A stretch of 40,945 bases of DNA from Spongospora subterranea f. sp. subterranea. Its lineage: Eukaryota. This document shows, one piece after another, positions 21,487-34,959 of this stretch; position 1 is the first letter of the stretch, and every line of letters begins with the position of its first letter. The translations under genes and the position numbers were made by a program. The stretch lies in assembly GCA_049724395.1 (NCBI GenBank), contig JAUGWO010000009.1, positions 186,001 to 226,945 of the forward strand, read 5' to 3'. Below the pieces are notes generated by a model. That model saw only the letters and a list, made by a program, of their open reading frames with translations, searched no databases and had not been told where the DNA came from.

Positions 21487-24400
21487 TCAGTTTAACAGGC
21501 GAAAGCGACGGCGACCGGGACCGTATCGGGCGCGAACATAGCGGCGTACAGGCCCCTGGACGACGCCCCCGTGGAACACGGCCAGACAGAGGGCGTTGAG
21601 GAAGACGTAGGCCATGAGGCCGATCCGGAAATCGTCCGGGAGAACGTTGTGCCCGGTGTGGCCGTAGAACCGGCCCCAGGTCGTGGATGGCGCCATGTAC
21701 CCGTCGGCGCGCAGGTCGTCGGCGTTCCCGCAGTTGATCCTCATGGCGCAGCCGATCCAGTTGGGGTCGGAGACGACGACGCCGGTCAGGAAGGCGCCCA
21801 GGGCGACGGTGACGACGACCCCGATGCGGTTCCGGTACCAAGGTCGACGATGATCACTGCCGAGCGTCATCAACGCCCCAGCGAATAGGCACTGGAACAT
21901 GGCCAATATCGAGATCACCTCCGTTTCGGCGTTGTCCTGCAGTTTCCACCTGGAATGGCGAGCGGCGAATCAGTATCGCGCGAGAGTTGGACGAAGGGAT
22001 TACCATTCGAACATATCGATCCCGTCGTCGTTGAAACGAACTGATTGCACTTCATGAACGGCTGATTATAGAGCCAGATTAAACCGAACACGATGAACCA
22101 GAAGTCGATGAAGATCGTGCCGATCACGGCCGACAGCGTCTCGGGCCCGAATAATCGCGCTGTTGGACGGCGCGATGCCAAACGCCACGCCGGCTGGGAA
22201 AGGCTGATAACATGGGCCATCCCGATTAGAACCGGACCATCGATGAACGCCCAGACCATGATCGGGAGGACGACGTGGAGGGAATAGGCGATGAACTCGG
22301 CCCAGAGCATTGTTTCCCCATAAATCACGGCGAACTTGTAGAGCGATAGGTTGGTAGATAGCGCCGCTCGCCCATACGATATTAGGTCGATACACGACAT
22401 GATCGACCGCGATCCCGACGAGAACGGGGACGCGATCGAGGCGTCGCCGTCGGATAGTGCCAGACCGGCGTGAGCTTTCTGTAGGAGGTGAAGCCGGGTG
22501 AGTTTTAATTGGGGAAAGGAGATGGCGCCATGTGACCAGACCTGTAGGGCGCCGCAATCATTACCGCCATCGCCACACATACCGACCACCACCTTCTCCT
22601 GCAGTAATCCGATCGCGTCGGTCTTATCCTCGGGCGTCAGACGGGCCAGAACCCGCGTGTGGAACAGGTACGACCGGATCTGCCCTGATTCAACAAGATG
22701 GCGGAAAGCGCGACCAGATATCGCCAGTTCGCAACGTCGTCTGCCAGATTCAACAACGCTGTGAGAAAACAATGCGAAACGGACCCGGGCGAGGTGTGTT
22801 GGCGCTAACCCGATCGGTCCATTGCTCTGAATGGTTTGGAGAACAAGCGATTCGGGAACAATACTGTTTGTCCTCAGATCGAGCCAGCTGATATTTGTTG
22901 CACCGTCGGCGATCTCCCCAAAGACCACGTCGGAATGCTCCGAAATCATCCCAATCTGGTCGGGAAATCAGTTCACCACCGGGGAACAACAACAACAACG
23001 CGAATCTAATGGCTGGGCGATGGCGCCATAATCGCGTACCTGAATGGCGGTGTGGCAAGCGGTGAAGGCGTTATCCCCTGTGAGGATCATCGTGCGAATG
23101 TCGGCCGACTTGAGCAGATCGATGGCCATCGCCGAATCGGAACGCGCCGTGTTCTGGAACAGGATCAGGCCCGATAGTGTCGGTGCCGCCTCGATATCTG
23201 CCAGAACGTTCATCAGGACCTAGACCGTTTTTTTTTGGGATTTTGCCACGACAACGAACCTGCCCGATTCATCAGCGACACCTCGCGATCCGATAATTGA
23301 CCAAGTTCCCGATACGCCAACGCCTGATGATCACCGAAATCAACAACACCCAGCACGAATATGAACGGCGCCGAACCATCGTGTAAAAGCCCTGTCGAGC
23401 GTGCGAGTTGGCAATCGCCCGGAAGTTGCCCGGAACACTATCTGGGGCCGCCAACGACTCCATCGATTCGAACGATCCTTTCAAGAACACGATCACCTTC
23501 CCGGTTTGGCGCTCCCGCGCCACCGAGCACATCCGCATCAGCTGCGACTCGAACTCCAACGTCCTCAGGATGTCGAACGCCTCGGCGCCGTTCGACACGA
23601 TCATGTGCCCGTCCGACTGACTTTGCTCCATCGCCCAGCCGGACGCCGCGAACATTTCCAGGTCGACGTTGGACCCGACGGCATCGCCGGAATTCAGGAA
23701 CGAGATCGTGTGAGCGCACGCCATTCCCTGTGAAATCGCATTGTTCCCCGATGCGCCGCGTTCAACGGGATCTTGGAACGCCCGGTCGATTATCGGGTGA
23801 ACGCTGTGGAAATTCAGCCCCGATTGCGTGATCGTTCCTGTTTTATGAGATTTAGAACGGGCCGTTGATGGCGAAACCCGAATGTTCTCGCCTGTTTTGT
23901 CAAAGGCGAACAGGCGGATTTTGCCAGCGGCGACGATACGGTTCAGATCGCGGCAATGGATTCCACAGCGTTTCAGGCGCTTGGCGGACACGCTTTGCCC
24001 AACGACCAGGAACGCCGGCAGGATTGGCAATATGACGTTGCCCAGGGTGAATAATCCATAAAACCCTAACGCACACGATAAACGGGATCAGATCATGGGG
24101 AATCGCAAGAATGGGGAAAACACAGGTCGTCGAATTACACGAGCTGATAGTTGTGCCCAACAGGACCATCGATACGATGAAGGCGATCGCAGACCAAAGG
24201 AGGAGAACAGCGAAAACAACTGTCGTTTTGTTCAGTCCCGCAGGTTCGTTGAAAAAAGGAGCAGTTGCTGCGTCACCTTCCAATTCGGAATCGAATGTGA
24301 ACGCGATCTGCTTCGGGAAAAGAACTGACCGCAGCAGAGCGCCTTTGGCCGTATGCGAACCCTTATCGACCACAACGGCAATGGCGCCAAATGGGCCATT

Positions 24401-26304
24401 GCCCGACGCTTTCTGTTGTAATAGCGTTGTCCCTTGTTTTTAAGGTTCAGCCCGTTGCCAATCGATCAATTAAAACGACACGACGTTAACGAACCTGAAA
24501 AGATCGTGTGTTTTGCGCCACGACCCCTTTTGTCGTAGATGGACGACGCTCCATCGACGTGGTCGATTGGCCATTTGGGTTTGGCCACCGATTCCCCAGT
24601 TAGACTCGATTCGTCGAACACGGCCGATCCCGACAGCAGAACGCCATCGAACGGGACGATCTTGACGTTGTGCAGCGACACGATATCGCCCGTGACCAGG
24701 TCGTGGGCCGATCTGGTCTGCCATTGGCCATCGCGCAGGACGTGGGAGATGGCCTCGTGCCGCGCCATCGCCTGGCACCGCCGCCGCGCCTGGCAGACCA
24801 TGACCGCCTTCACCAGACCCGACACGACGATCACCGTCAGGTGGATTGTCGCCATTCCCCAGTACGACATGTAGAACGAAACCGACAGGCAGCAGATCTG
24901 GTAAAGGTACGCCAGACCACAGAATTCGGCCACGATCGACGCCGCATATCCAGGAACCTCAAAGTGAATGGAGTTCGGGCCCTAAACATAGCGATAATTG
25001 GTGTCAGCGGTTCTTGTTTCTCGTGAAACGAGTCGATGAACAATCACCTCGAGATCCAGCAAACGATCGACCGTCTGACGCGGAAGACCGTTGGCGATAT
25101 TGGCAGAGAGCTGGGCGTAGGTCATGACGTCGTCGCTGCCGAACCGAATCACCTCCCATTGATCGCGATCGGCATTATACGAATACCGCTCGAAATGGAA
25201 CTCGATGTACCGCTGACCTGATTCGGTCAGCAGAACTGGCAGATTGACGGTGACGCCATCGCCAAGTAATGGCAGGTGGTTCCACAGCCAATGGCGACAA
25301 TCGCGGGCGAGTTTCACGATGCGATTGCCGTCGGTGATCTGGACGTCGTCGTTTGGGAACCAGAGGCGGACGATGGTCGCCTGGGTCATAGGGCAAGGCA
25401 GGCGGAACAGGTTGCCGATATGATGCTGGAGGAGGTTGACGGCGAACAGCCAACCGAACACGATGTGCCAGTTGACGATGAACAGGACGTTGAGGGCGTC
25501 GAACGACACCTCGACCTGGTGCTCCTCCAGGTCGACCAGTGTGTAGTAGTGCAGGCAGATCGCGACCCCAACGCCGACCAACGCCAGCGTTATCGCCACC
25601 AGCACACAGCCCAGCAGTTTCCCCACGCGCGAATCGCAATACCCTTTCTGTCGGCGTCGCGATTCCGGTACGTGAACGCCGGGCGTCGACGGAATCGTCA
25701 AAACTGAAATATCGCTGAAACCACTTCGCGATCCTTCGCTGGGAACTCGATTAGATCGGTAGATCATCCAAACGGCGAACGCGATCGCGTAAATCCCCGT
25801 AAAGGCGATGATCGTGACGAAGGCGCATTTGATTGTGTCAACGGTTCTCACATAGAACGGCGTCGACGCGCTCATCTTGGCCGTTGTTGTTGTTGTCGTT
25901 GAGCAATTGGCGGTCGGATCGGTGGGCGTCGTCAGGGTCGAGCATATGGCGTTGACGGCGATCGTGTCGAGGATCAGCGATTGCGGGACGATGGCGTCAA
26001 CCCGCAAACACGCCACATATTTCCCCGATCCGCAATCGCATGGATTGACGACGCCGAAGCACGATTCCTGGACGGTCGCGCCAGGGCGACATCGGCCGTC
26101 GGGGCAAAAAACCGTCCCCAAAGGGCAGGTCGCATTGGCCAGGCCTGTACATTGCCCGACGTGTTTGACACACGTTATCGGACAGATCGCGTCGACGTTG
26201 CGGTCGGGACAGCCCTGGTTCGGTTCGCGAAGGAACGGCTTGCTGTGGACGGCCGACACGAGAACAACCAGGGAGATCAGATGAGGGATTCGATGGCGAA
26301 CCAT
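21487..26304 (-). CDS. P5-type (ATP13A/P5B-like) P-type ATPase, multi-exon, with signal peptide and Cys-rich N-terminal domain
   Basis: Motifs DESSLTGES, LPILP (PPxLP position), FDKTG/T, KGSFE, MILTGDN, ARLTPEDK, MCGDGGNDCGAL and ASPFSS. Start MVRHRIPHLISLVVLVSAVHS at 26304. Confidence 0.9.
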
Positions 26305-26883
26305 GATGGTGTCGATGGGCAAATAGGGCCGGCGCCACACACACCCCCCCCCCGTCAGGGCGTGATTCGACAGATTAGATATGGGAGTGGCATTGGGAAG
26401 CACGAGCACTATTCCTGGAAAGAACTTGAACGGATCGATCTAATCGCTAGTACCAGATGGAACACGGCGGCGCCGGGACGATATCTCACAGCGACAACAA
26501 CAACGGTTTTGGTTTTGAGACCCGATTTGGATTTATGATATAAATAACAACACGGGTCTTCTCCCTCGTGATCATCGTCGGGTTTTTCAGAGCTGATCCC
26601 TCTCGGAAGGCGTCTGCGGCGAGGTCGAGAACCGAACCGCTGTTCTGAGGATTGTTCAGTTGTTCAGCGTGCTCTGACAACCTGGAGCCACAAACCGCTA
26701 TTCTGTTGAGGGCTGGAACGATCAAGCGGTATTCGTTAGAACGTTTGAGGACCTACAAAGTAATCGATCGAGTTTCAGTTCCACAATGGACCGTCGGCTC
26801 CGTCATGATCGTTCGGAAATTCTGAGGATCAACCAAGCGAACAATGTTCGATTGCATTGTATACTGGTTCGACAATCGGCCGT

Positions 26884-29000
26884 CTAGTTCATACCTTGAT
26901 TATGGAAATAAGTAAAAAATGCCCTTCTTTTACCGATAGCAGTTCCAAACCTTCCGCCAGAACCTCTTTGAGTTAAAATCAGGGTCCCGTTTTGAGCGGC
27001 GAAGCCTCCTGGAACCGGCCAAGAACTATAGATTATGGGCCAGGGCCCTCCTCTCCTCGAATTTCCATAATCAATGTACGAGCTGGTGAAAGCGTCAACT
27101 TTATTGACACCAATGTACATTTTGCACAGGTTCGTTTGTACGAATATCCGGCAATGTAAGAAACCGAGACGGCGATTGTCGAACCAGTATACAATGCAAT
27201 CGAACATTGTTTCGCTTGATTGTCGCTGAATGGGACTGACTCGAAAACACCCTTTCTTGAATACAGCTGGAATGAGCCAATACTTGCCCCCATGCTTGAT
27301 GACGCTTCCTCGAGAAATCAGGCCATCATCACTGGAACCATCGTGGCGACGCAATCGAGTATACCAGCGCCCTTGACGTGATTGAAATTGTTGACGATTC
27401 GACGAACGCGAAACACTGTTACTTGGCGAACATTTACTTGTCGCGAGAGCGACATTGAAGGAAGAATCAAATAGGTGCATCCTCTGCAATAAATCTGAAA
27501 AACTGATGATGGAGTCGGCATCGAAGCTTTCATTACTTTCTTGACCAGAAGCATCAGGTTCATCGTCAACCTGAGCAGACATGTCTGGGAACTCGAAATC
27601 ACTTAGATCAGAAGGCTCTTCCGACGTCCATGCAACACGCGACGAAAGTATTTCCATAATAATTGAATCATCATGAAGAATATGGTCGTTCAGAAGATCT
27701 GAGCTCGAGTGTCCCCGGCAACTGAGTCATATTTGATGGCCTTCGTCAATATGCAGCGGAAATGATCGAAGGAGATAATTTTCTGGCAGAATCTCGATTT
27801 GAAATGAGGCAACGCCAACAGTGCGAACTAAGTTGGACATATCAACCGACACTTCATTGATAATCGGTAAAATATGTTCAACAAGCCGGCTAGCCACATG
27901 ATCACGAGAGTTTGCTGGCAGAGTTATTCCAGAATCGTCTGAATCCTGAAAAGTGAAGAATAAGGTTGAGCCGGGTGATGCGATGGATGACTGGAACCAT
28001 CCGGCAACATCAGGCCCCGACAACCCGTAACAATCCTTGGCTGATCATCTGGGCGAAGCATTAGGAGCAACCTAATGAATAACACCTTCCACTCCAACTT
28101 TAATCGCTTGGCTACTCCAAGATGTGGGCGGTATCAATTGAAACAAATGACAATAACGACAGGGATCGGGATGGTCCCAACAACCCTTTGGCTGATTATC
28201 CACCTAACATGGCGCCATGTTCCAGGATGTCAGAGGCCGCGCTCTGTCACGCCCGTTCACGGTACTGGTTGGCAATGGCGCTGTGAACTCAGTGGCAGGC
28301 TGAGTTGAAAAGCGAAATACTGGGGTGGAGATTAATGTTGAAAAGACATCCAACCCGAATCGAGCTCAAACCAGAAGGTTTATGGGTTTGTGGGTTAATA
28401 GTACGCCATAGAAACTGAATTTGCCGGTAGATGCTCATGAGCTAGATCGAAGCGATTCATCTCATCCCCTTGTTCCTGGAAAGAGAATCGAACGTAGTCA
28501 AGTAGAGATCAACGCCGCCAAAACCAAATCAGAGCGCATAAACGGATCTGATACTCTATACCATCGATCACAATAACAACTAAAGCGGGGCGTATTTCAA
28601 AATAAACAGCAAACGACGAAGGCATTGTTGATCTCGACATTCTTCTGGTCTTTATCAATTTAAATTGTTTCGTAGAGGATCGTCAAGCCGGGTTTTCACC
28701 TGAGTCCGAATCCAAACGCTGTTTATCATTCGCACGAATCATTACAAGTTGAGTAGCTGAATAAATCGGAGATTTATTTGGGGGTCCAGAATTCCTCGCG
28801 ACACGTTGTCATGGTCGTTCATCGTAATATGGCACTCTCCACGAACGTCCCAGCTGAGCCCATCGGCAAATTGTATACCCCATTTCAAATCGAGGGCTTG
28901 TTTTGTTATCTGCTTTACCAACAGCAATTCCTATCGTAACCTGGTAGTCATGATAACCAACAACAACTGTAGCAACCTCTTCCAACAACTAATTTGCACA
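26884..29000 (-). pseudogene. Decayed coding-like region, possibly transposase-derived
   Basis: A chain of same-strand broken ORFs (28742-28927, 27727-28023, 26884-27657) with an acidic tract and a weak SDILEH motif. Family not identified. Confidence 0.25.
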
Positions 29001-29298
29001 TGTTAACTTATCAAAGCTCTCAACATTATGTGGTAAATTTATTGGCTTTTTTAAGCACGTTATCGGTCAATCATGATCGCTCTTCCCCATACTATTATAT
29101 GGGTGACGCAGTCGAAAATTTGGCGAAGTGATCAAATTATGGCATTGTGTGCACCTTTCTGATGATGGATTAGGTGTTTGAACATTTAGGTACAGGGTTT
29201 TGGCTTTGGAGTTTTGACCGAAAGTGCGGGTCCCGTTTTATGTTTGTCACAACGGAGAGTTGGCGATAATTCCTACGAAACCCATATCCAGACCGGGG

Positions 29299-30100
29299 AT
29301 GACGATGCCGACAGGACCGATACGTAACTGGTCGATGTCTCCTCTCATTGCGCCATCCGCTTACGTCAGAGCTTATCGTGCCGAGTATCTAGACACGCGA
29401 GATGACGTTGCGAAAGTCTGGGACCTGGTAATATCCCATGACGCCGTCTGCATTCTCGTGTAAGCGCGCCCTTTCGAAAATAATTCTTCCAATGAGTAGC
29501 GGATCCAGGCACAATCTCGATACTGATGCGCTGCTTCTAGTAAAACAATTTCGACCTCCCGTCTATGCTAGCGCCATCCAACGCAAATCTGACTCGAACC
29601 TGTAGTTACTAGCTTTGCTGTCTCAGGCTTATTGTAATGCGGTTTGATTTTTTTCGGGTTCAGAAATGATGGGTTCACCTATGAGCTATGCGCTGGAATT
29701 CTTGATAAAAGCCACCTGGACGTCATCGAGACCGCTCGTGAAGAGATTATCGAAGAACTCGGTTTCGATATACCGTCGTCGTCCATTCGTCCGATCACAA
29801 CTTATCATAACTCCACCGGAATTCTTGGATCCGTTTCTCATCTTCTCTTTGCTGAAGTCAGTCCAGTCATTGACCGAACCTGCAATTTGATGTTGATCAA
29901 ACCCGTTTCAGGTCAGGGAAATGAATCGAGTTGGAAACGGGGGTGGAATCGACACAGAGCAGATCGAGATTGTTTCAATTCCCGTATCGGAAGCACAATC
30001 TTGGATGATGGACGATAGTCGCGCTCGAACCGCCGGCCTATTGTACGCGTTCATGTGGTTCTTCAATGTGCAGAAGGCGTCTCGCGATCGCCCACTGTGA
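29299..30100 (+). CDS. Nudix hydrolase, NUDT14-like nucleotide-sugar diphosphatase (4 exons)
   Basis: Motifs WDLVISHDAVCILV, LVKQFRPPVY, GFTYELCAGILDK..AREEIIEELGF (Nudix box), GGGIDTEQIE and LYAFMWF. GT-AG introns at 29460-29508, ~29602-29663 and ~29857-29911. Confidence 0.9.
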
Positions 30101-31319
30101 TGATAAACAGTACCAAAACCGATGGAATCTGAGGAGTGTAATTCTTTATTCAATCGGGAATCGTCGTCAATACACCTGGACACTGTGTTAAATACTTTCG
30201 GATCAATCCACTGATGCAGATTTATCCAGGTGAGGCGAAATGCAAATTTACTGCCCGATCTGTGCTCTATCGCTGAGTTCCTTCAGCGCGACATGCGAAG
30301 CAATTTCTTCCAACGACTTTTGATTCTCTTGAGGCATCTATCATGCGGTGATGATCGGATTACGACGCTGCAAGCCAGGGGAACGTGCCCACGACGCACG
30401 AGTGTTTCAAATCGATGAACTGACGACTGACCAAACCGAATCGAAAAGAAAGTGCTGCTAGGTGATCAACACAAGCACGGATGCGACCTCAGTGAACAGT
30501 TCAAGACGATGGTCCCGATAAATGACCAAAAGAGGCGAACCTCGGTGAACAACCACTTGGAGATCACGATGTGACTTGGCTTGGGACAAGGGTGTTTTAT
30601 AGTGCTTTCAATAGGAGCATATCGACGTCGCATTACCATAATGTTCAGTTAGTCTGATCAACCCCTGGCAAAGGTCCTTATCACAAGCGTAAAAGCTTGA
30701 TTTCGGGGCGTGATTTGTCTGTCGAGCGTCAGAGTTGGTGCTCTGGATCACAGTCGTGTCCAAGTGCGTTGGCACAAAATGGACCTTGAACAAGGCCTTG
30801 CTATAGAGCGGATGGCCATCGATTACTTGCATCAGTCTGCGTGGAATGGAGGTTCAGTTGCATCTGGTGATCATCAGCCTGAACCAAATCGTCGGGAGAG
30901 ACGATCTTGGTAAACGGTTGATGTTCCTGTAAGGTACGCGTCAATCAACATCTTTCGTGCACCTTTTTCCGCATGGCAAGAACGGAAGAGTGACTGTAAA
31001 TCACTGTTCATGTAACCCAATGTCAGTTGTATCGTTATGTATCATCAGTCCATGTGAAATCGCTTCGGTTTAATCTCACTATATCTTATCATTCGGTAGA
31101 TGATCGTGCACTGGTTCTCGACAGGACATTCCTTCGATCGATTACGCTGGGGTTAAGATGCTCCAGCAAATGAAGCAGGTTGCATTCTCGGAGTTGTTAT
31201 TGCCACAATCTTGTCACCAGGATTAACCAGAAATCATATAACTTTTACAAAGAGACCTAATGGCATGGCGATATTCAAAATTCGAATATCGGGTTCTGAA
31301 TTCAATGAAACTTTATTGT

Positions 31320-33368
31320 TTATTGAGGAGGGACCACAGGTGGTAATGGGGAGCTGCAAGCTGGAGGAACAACAGGTGGAGGTGGAGGGATTGGTGGTCC
31401 AACGAAGGGAAAGAAAGGAGTTGGAGGCCAGGGATCATGGCCAAATATGCTAATACCAGGGTGCAAGGGAATTAGAGGCGGGAACACGGGAACGGCAAGA
31501 GGTGCCAGTGGAAGACAAGCGGGAGGAGGAACTCTATTCATTGCAGACCATGGGATCGGCGGAACTACAGGAGCGGCTGGCACGACAGGAGCAACTCTGT
31601 CAACAGGTGGAACTCTTGGCGGGATACGAGGAGCAATCGGAGCGTTAGGAACCACTGGGGCAGGTGGAGCAACAGGAATCACTGACGCCCCAGAAGCAAC
31701 ATTTGTGGCAGCAATTGGAGCAACAGGAGTCACTGAAGCGCCAGAAGCAGCAACTGGGGAAGCAATTGATGCAGTTGGCGCCAGAGGAGGAACAACCGGA
31801 GCAGTTTGTGCTCTGGGAATCACTGAGGCTCCAGAAGCAACAACCGGAGCTGCAGCAGGAGCAACCGGGACCGGTGGAGCAACCGGAGTCACTGCCGACC
31901 CAGAAGCAACAACTGGAGCAGCAGCAGGAATCAAAGGCGCTCCAGAGGCAGCAACAGGGGTAGCATGAGAAGCAATTGATGCAGTTGGCGCCAGAGGAGC
32001 AACCGGAGCAGTTTGCGCTCTGGGAATCACTGAGGCTCCAGAAGCAACAACCGGAGCTGCAGCAGGAGCAACCGGGACCGGTGGAGCAACCGGAGTCACT
32101 GCCGACCCAGAAGCAACAACTGGAGCAGCAGCAGGAATCAAAGGCGCTCCAGAGGCAGTAACAGGGGTAGCATGAGAAGCAATTGATGCAGTTGGCGCCA
32201 GAGGAGCAACCGGAGCAGTTTGCGCTCTGGGAATCACTGGGGCTCCAGAAGCAACAACCGGAGCTGCAGCAGGAGCAACCGGGACCGGTGGAGCAACCGG
32301 AGTCACTGCCGACCCAGAAGCAACAACTGGAGCAGCAGCAGGAATCAAAGGCGCTCCAGAGGCAGTAACAGGGGTAGCATGAGAAGCAATTGATGCAGTT
32401 GGCGCCAGAGGAGGAGCAACCGGAGCAGTTTGCGCTCTGGGAATCACTGAAGCTCCAGAAGCAACAACTGGAGCAGCAGCAGGAACAGGAATCAAAGGCG
32501 CTCCAGAGGCAGTAACAGGGGTAGCATGAGAAGCAATTGATGCAGTTGGTGCCAGAGGAGGAGCGACAGGAGCAGCTGATACGGCATGAGGAGATACCGG
32601 GACAGATGGTAGTGTATGAGTAGTTGACGCCCCACAAGTAGAGGCAGGCGGTGCAGCGGGGGCTACTGGAGGGGGAACCGGAGCAGCGGGAGCTACAGGA
32701 GGGGGAACCGGAGCAACTGGAGCAACGGGAGGGAGAACCGGAGCAGCGGGAGCTACTGGAGGGAGAATCGGAGCAGCGGGAGCTACTGGAGGGGGAATCG
32801 GAGCAGCGGGAGCTACAGGAGGGGGAACCGGAGCTACAGGAGGGGGAACCGGAGCAATTGGAGCAACGGGAGGGGGAACCGGAGCTACAGGAGGGGGACC
32901 CGGAGCAACTGGAGCAACGGGAGGGGGAACCGGAGCTACAGGAGGGGGAACCGGAGCAACTGGAGCAACGGGAGGGGGAACCGGAGCTACAGGAGGGGGA
33001 ACCGGAGCAACAGGAGCAACGGGAGGGGGAACCAGAGGTCCTGGCGGGAATAAGGGAGGAACGGCAGCTCCCAATGGAGGCTGTATTACTGGTGGTGGCG
33101 GTGGCAATGATCGTGGTGGAGGCGGTGATGGTGGTAGTGGTGGCGATGATGGTTGTAGTGGTGGCGGCGATGGAGGTAGTGGTGGCGGCGATGTAGGTAT
33201 AGGTGCCGCTGCTACTGCAGGTACCACAGGTACTGGAGATGGAACTGGCGAGGGGATCGCAATAGTCTGCGAAGCAGAGGTGGATGTAGACCCAACATGA
33301 CTATAGTCAAATTCAGCTAGACCTAGAATAACCAGACTAAAAAAACACGCAAAAGTTAAACGCTGCAT
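31320..33368 (-). CDS. Secreted extensin-like Pro/Ala/Val-rich protein (682 aa)
   Basis: ATG at 33368 gives the signal peptide [29 protein letters not shown] and ~69-aa repeats lie in one intact frame. Confidence 0.8.
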   Translation of the reverse strand: MQRLTFACFFSLVILGLAEFDYSHVGSTSTSASQTIAIPSPVPSPVPVVPAVAAAPIPTSPPPLPPSPPPLQPSSPPLPPSPPPPRSLPPPPPVIQPPLGAAVPPLFPPGPLVPPPVAPVAPVPPPVAPVPPPVAPVAPVPPPVAPVPPPVAPVAPGPPPVAPVPPPVAPIAPVPPPVAPVPPPVAPAAPIPPPVAPAAPILPPVAPAAPVLPPVAPVAPVPPPVAPAAPVPPPVAPAAPPASTCGASTTHTLPSVPVSPHAVSAAPVAPPLAPTASIASHATPVTASGAPLIPVPAAAPVVASGASVIPRAQTAPVAPPLAPTASIASHATPVTASGAPLIPAAAPVVASGSAVTPVAPPVPVAPAAAPVVASGAPVIPRAQTAPVAPLAPTASIASHATPVTASGAPLIPAAAPVVASGSAVTPVAPPVPVAPAAAPVVASGASVIPRAQTAPVAPLAPTASIASHATPVAASGAPLIPAAAPVVASGSAVTPVAPPVPVAPAAAPVVASGASVIPRAQTAPVVPPLAPTASIASPVAASGASVTPVAPIAATNVASGASVIPVAPPAPVVPNAPIAPRIPPRVPPVDRVAPVVPAAPVVPPIPWSAMNRVPPPACLPLAPLAVPVFPPLIPLHPGISIFGHDPWPPTPFFPFVGPPIPPPPPVVPPACSSPLPPVVPPQ
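31740..33035 (-). repeat. Coding tandem repeats: ~207-bp units (31740-32570) and 21/30-bp units (32650-33035)
   Basis: Near-identical peptides in ORFs 31976 and 32183 (offset 207). Recurrent gagggggaaccggagc units. Confidence 0.92.
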
Positions 33369-33629
33369 CGATTGGAAAATAACAAGTAATACCGCCTCCG
33401 ATTCCGGTTTCGACATATGGCGTATGGTGTCACTGGAATAGTAGTGGCTTTCAACCGCCGAATATCCACTCACTAACACATTCTTTGCCGAGCATACGGA
33501 TTATGAAAATGAGATCCCGCTATCCGGATTTGCAATGACCACAGGTCAGGGGTCAAGTCCGTCAACGCCAAAAGATCATGGCTGTTCACATCACTCATCC
33601 TAACAATGATCAACGCGTCCACAGACGGC

Positions 33630-34707
33630 AGATGAGCGGTGAAAGGCATAATCCCACACTTTTTCTTGATTAGCCCAGATTGTGGACAACTGCACACATT
33701 GTTCGAAAGGAGAGAGGGGAAGGGCACCATATCCCCTGGACGAAGGAGCTGGGCGTCTTGGTGCATCGTGATCTGTGTGGACCAATGAGCAGGAAGTCAC
33801 TGCAGGGTAACTGGTATTTTGCTACCTATATTGACGACAATACTAGCTGGTTCACATGGCGTTTCTGGCCATGAAATCTGAGCAGTTAGACGCATTCCAA
33901 CCGTTGGGTGCGCTGATGAAGGGGCGAACATCAAATGTGAACGCAGCGACGACGGTGGCGTGTACGCCCATTGAGTGTCAAGGTTTTCTGAGGAAAGATC
34001 TTATTGTAACGAAGAGCACCCAGGACAAATGGCAAAGGCGAGGAAGAATGAACCGGACGATCGTAAAGATGGCGCGTGGTCCGTTGTTTGACGATGGATA
34101 CGACCTCATACTGGCAATATACGTGTCAGTTGGCAGTCTACATCAGGAGCAGAGCATTAACAAAGGCCAATGTGAAGACTGACATCAGAGTTCGACAGCA
34201 AATCAAGAGAGTGTCGATTCTTTGGATTTGCGGATGGTGCTAAGGCGTACGTGTTTGAAGACTTCGAGAAGGTCGAATTCGAAGAGACCCGCACAGCAAC
34301 AATGAGATGACTGCAGATGACGACGAGGGCGAGGAATTCCTGCCCGCAAGTGCACAAGAACACGAACTCGAGTGTGAAGATGCAAGACAACGGCGAGATT
34401 GCACCCAGGAGAGAAAGAGCAAGCGAGTTAGATGGAAGCCCGCGCTGTACATGGACGGATACGCCGATTGTGCCTTTACAGATGATAAGGAACTAGCAAC
34501 ACGAGAAGGCCATGGAGATGAAGTAAGGCGCAAGCGGTGGGAGAAGTCTCTTGTCAAGCGAGCAATCTGAGTGAGTAAGATGGAGTGGATCTCACGAAAG
34601 CTCAACGATATGTTGCGGGCACTAAAATGATGGAGATCCGGTACGACGACAGGAAAGCCACCAGTGATTTTGTTGGATTTGCCGATCCCGATTTTGCCGG
34701 AAACGAA
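33630..34707 (+). mobile_element. Older, decayed Ty1/Copia element, left part (integrase to RNase H start)
   Basis: LVHRDLCGPM..YFATYIDD, MNRTIVKMAR, SRECRFFGFADGAKAY and FVGFADPDFAGNE. Clearly similar to 37010-37870. Confidence 0.85.
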
Positions 34708-34959
34708 TGTGAAGAAGGTGGCAGTTCCGTTTGCTTGAGGTCGTGGTCGGCCATCAACGCGGGTCTTCTGAACTATATGAGAAGAGTTGATCAATTTAAG
34801 AAGTGAAGTTTATTCAGGGATGATTGCCAGATTGCACTTGCCCCCCCATTGTTGATCCATCAATTGGTCACTGTGAGACAGTCCTCCCCGTCACCAAGCT
34901 CGCCGAGCGAAATCATCACTGTCAAGACCGCAGCTCGACGACTCAACGGTAATTTCACA
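34708..34959 (-). repeat. 3' LTR (252 bp)
   Basis: On the minus strand it starts TGTGAA after the purine tract GGGTGGGAG, contains AATAAA and ends TTCACA. Homologous to 35697-35811 and 37888-38045. Confidence 0.9.

Noticed and set aside
21290..26538. Many overlapping Arg-rich and antisense ORFs
   Set aside because: Shadows of the GC-rich P5 ATPase exons.
30200..31250. Possible solo LTR or TE fragment (tgtaaggt at ~30928 resembles the reverse complement of the window end)
   Set aside because: Only an 8-bp match; no second terminus, TSD or coding motif.
31645..33196. Cys-rich 330-aa ORF and Glu/Gln-rich antisense ORFs
   Set aside because: Alternative-frame shadows of the Pro/Ala/Val repeat gene, caused by its biased codon usage.
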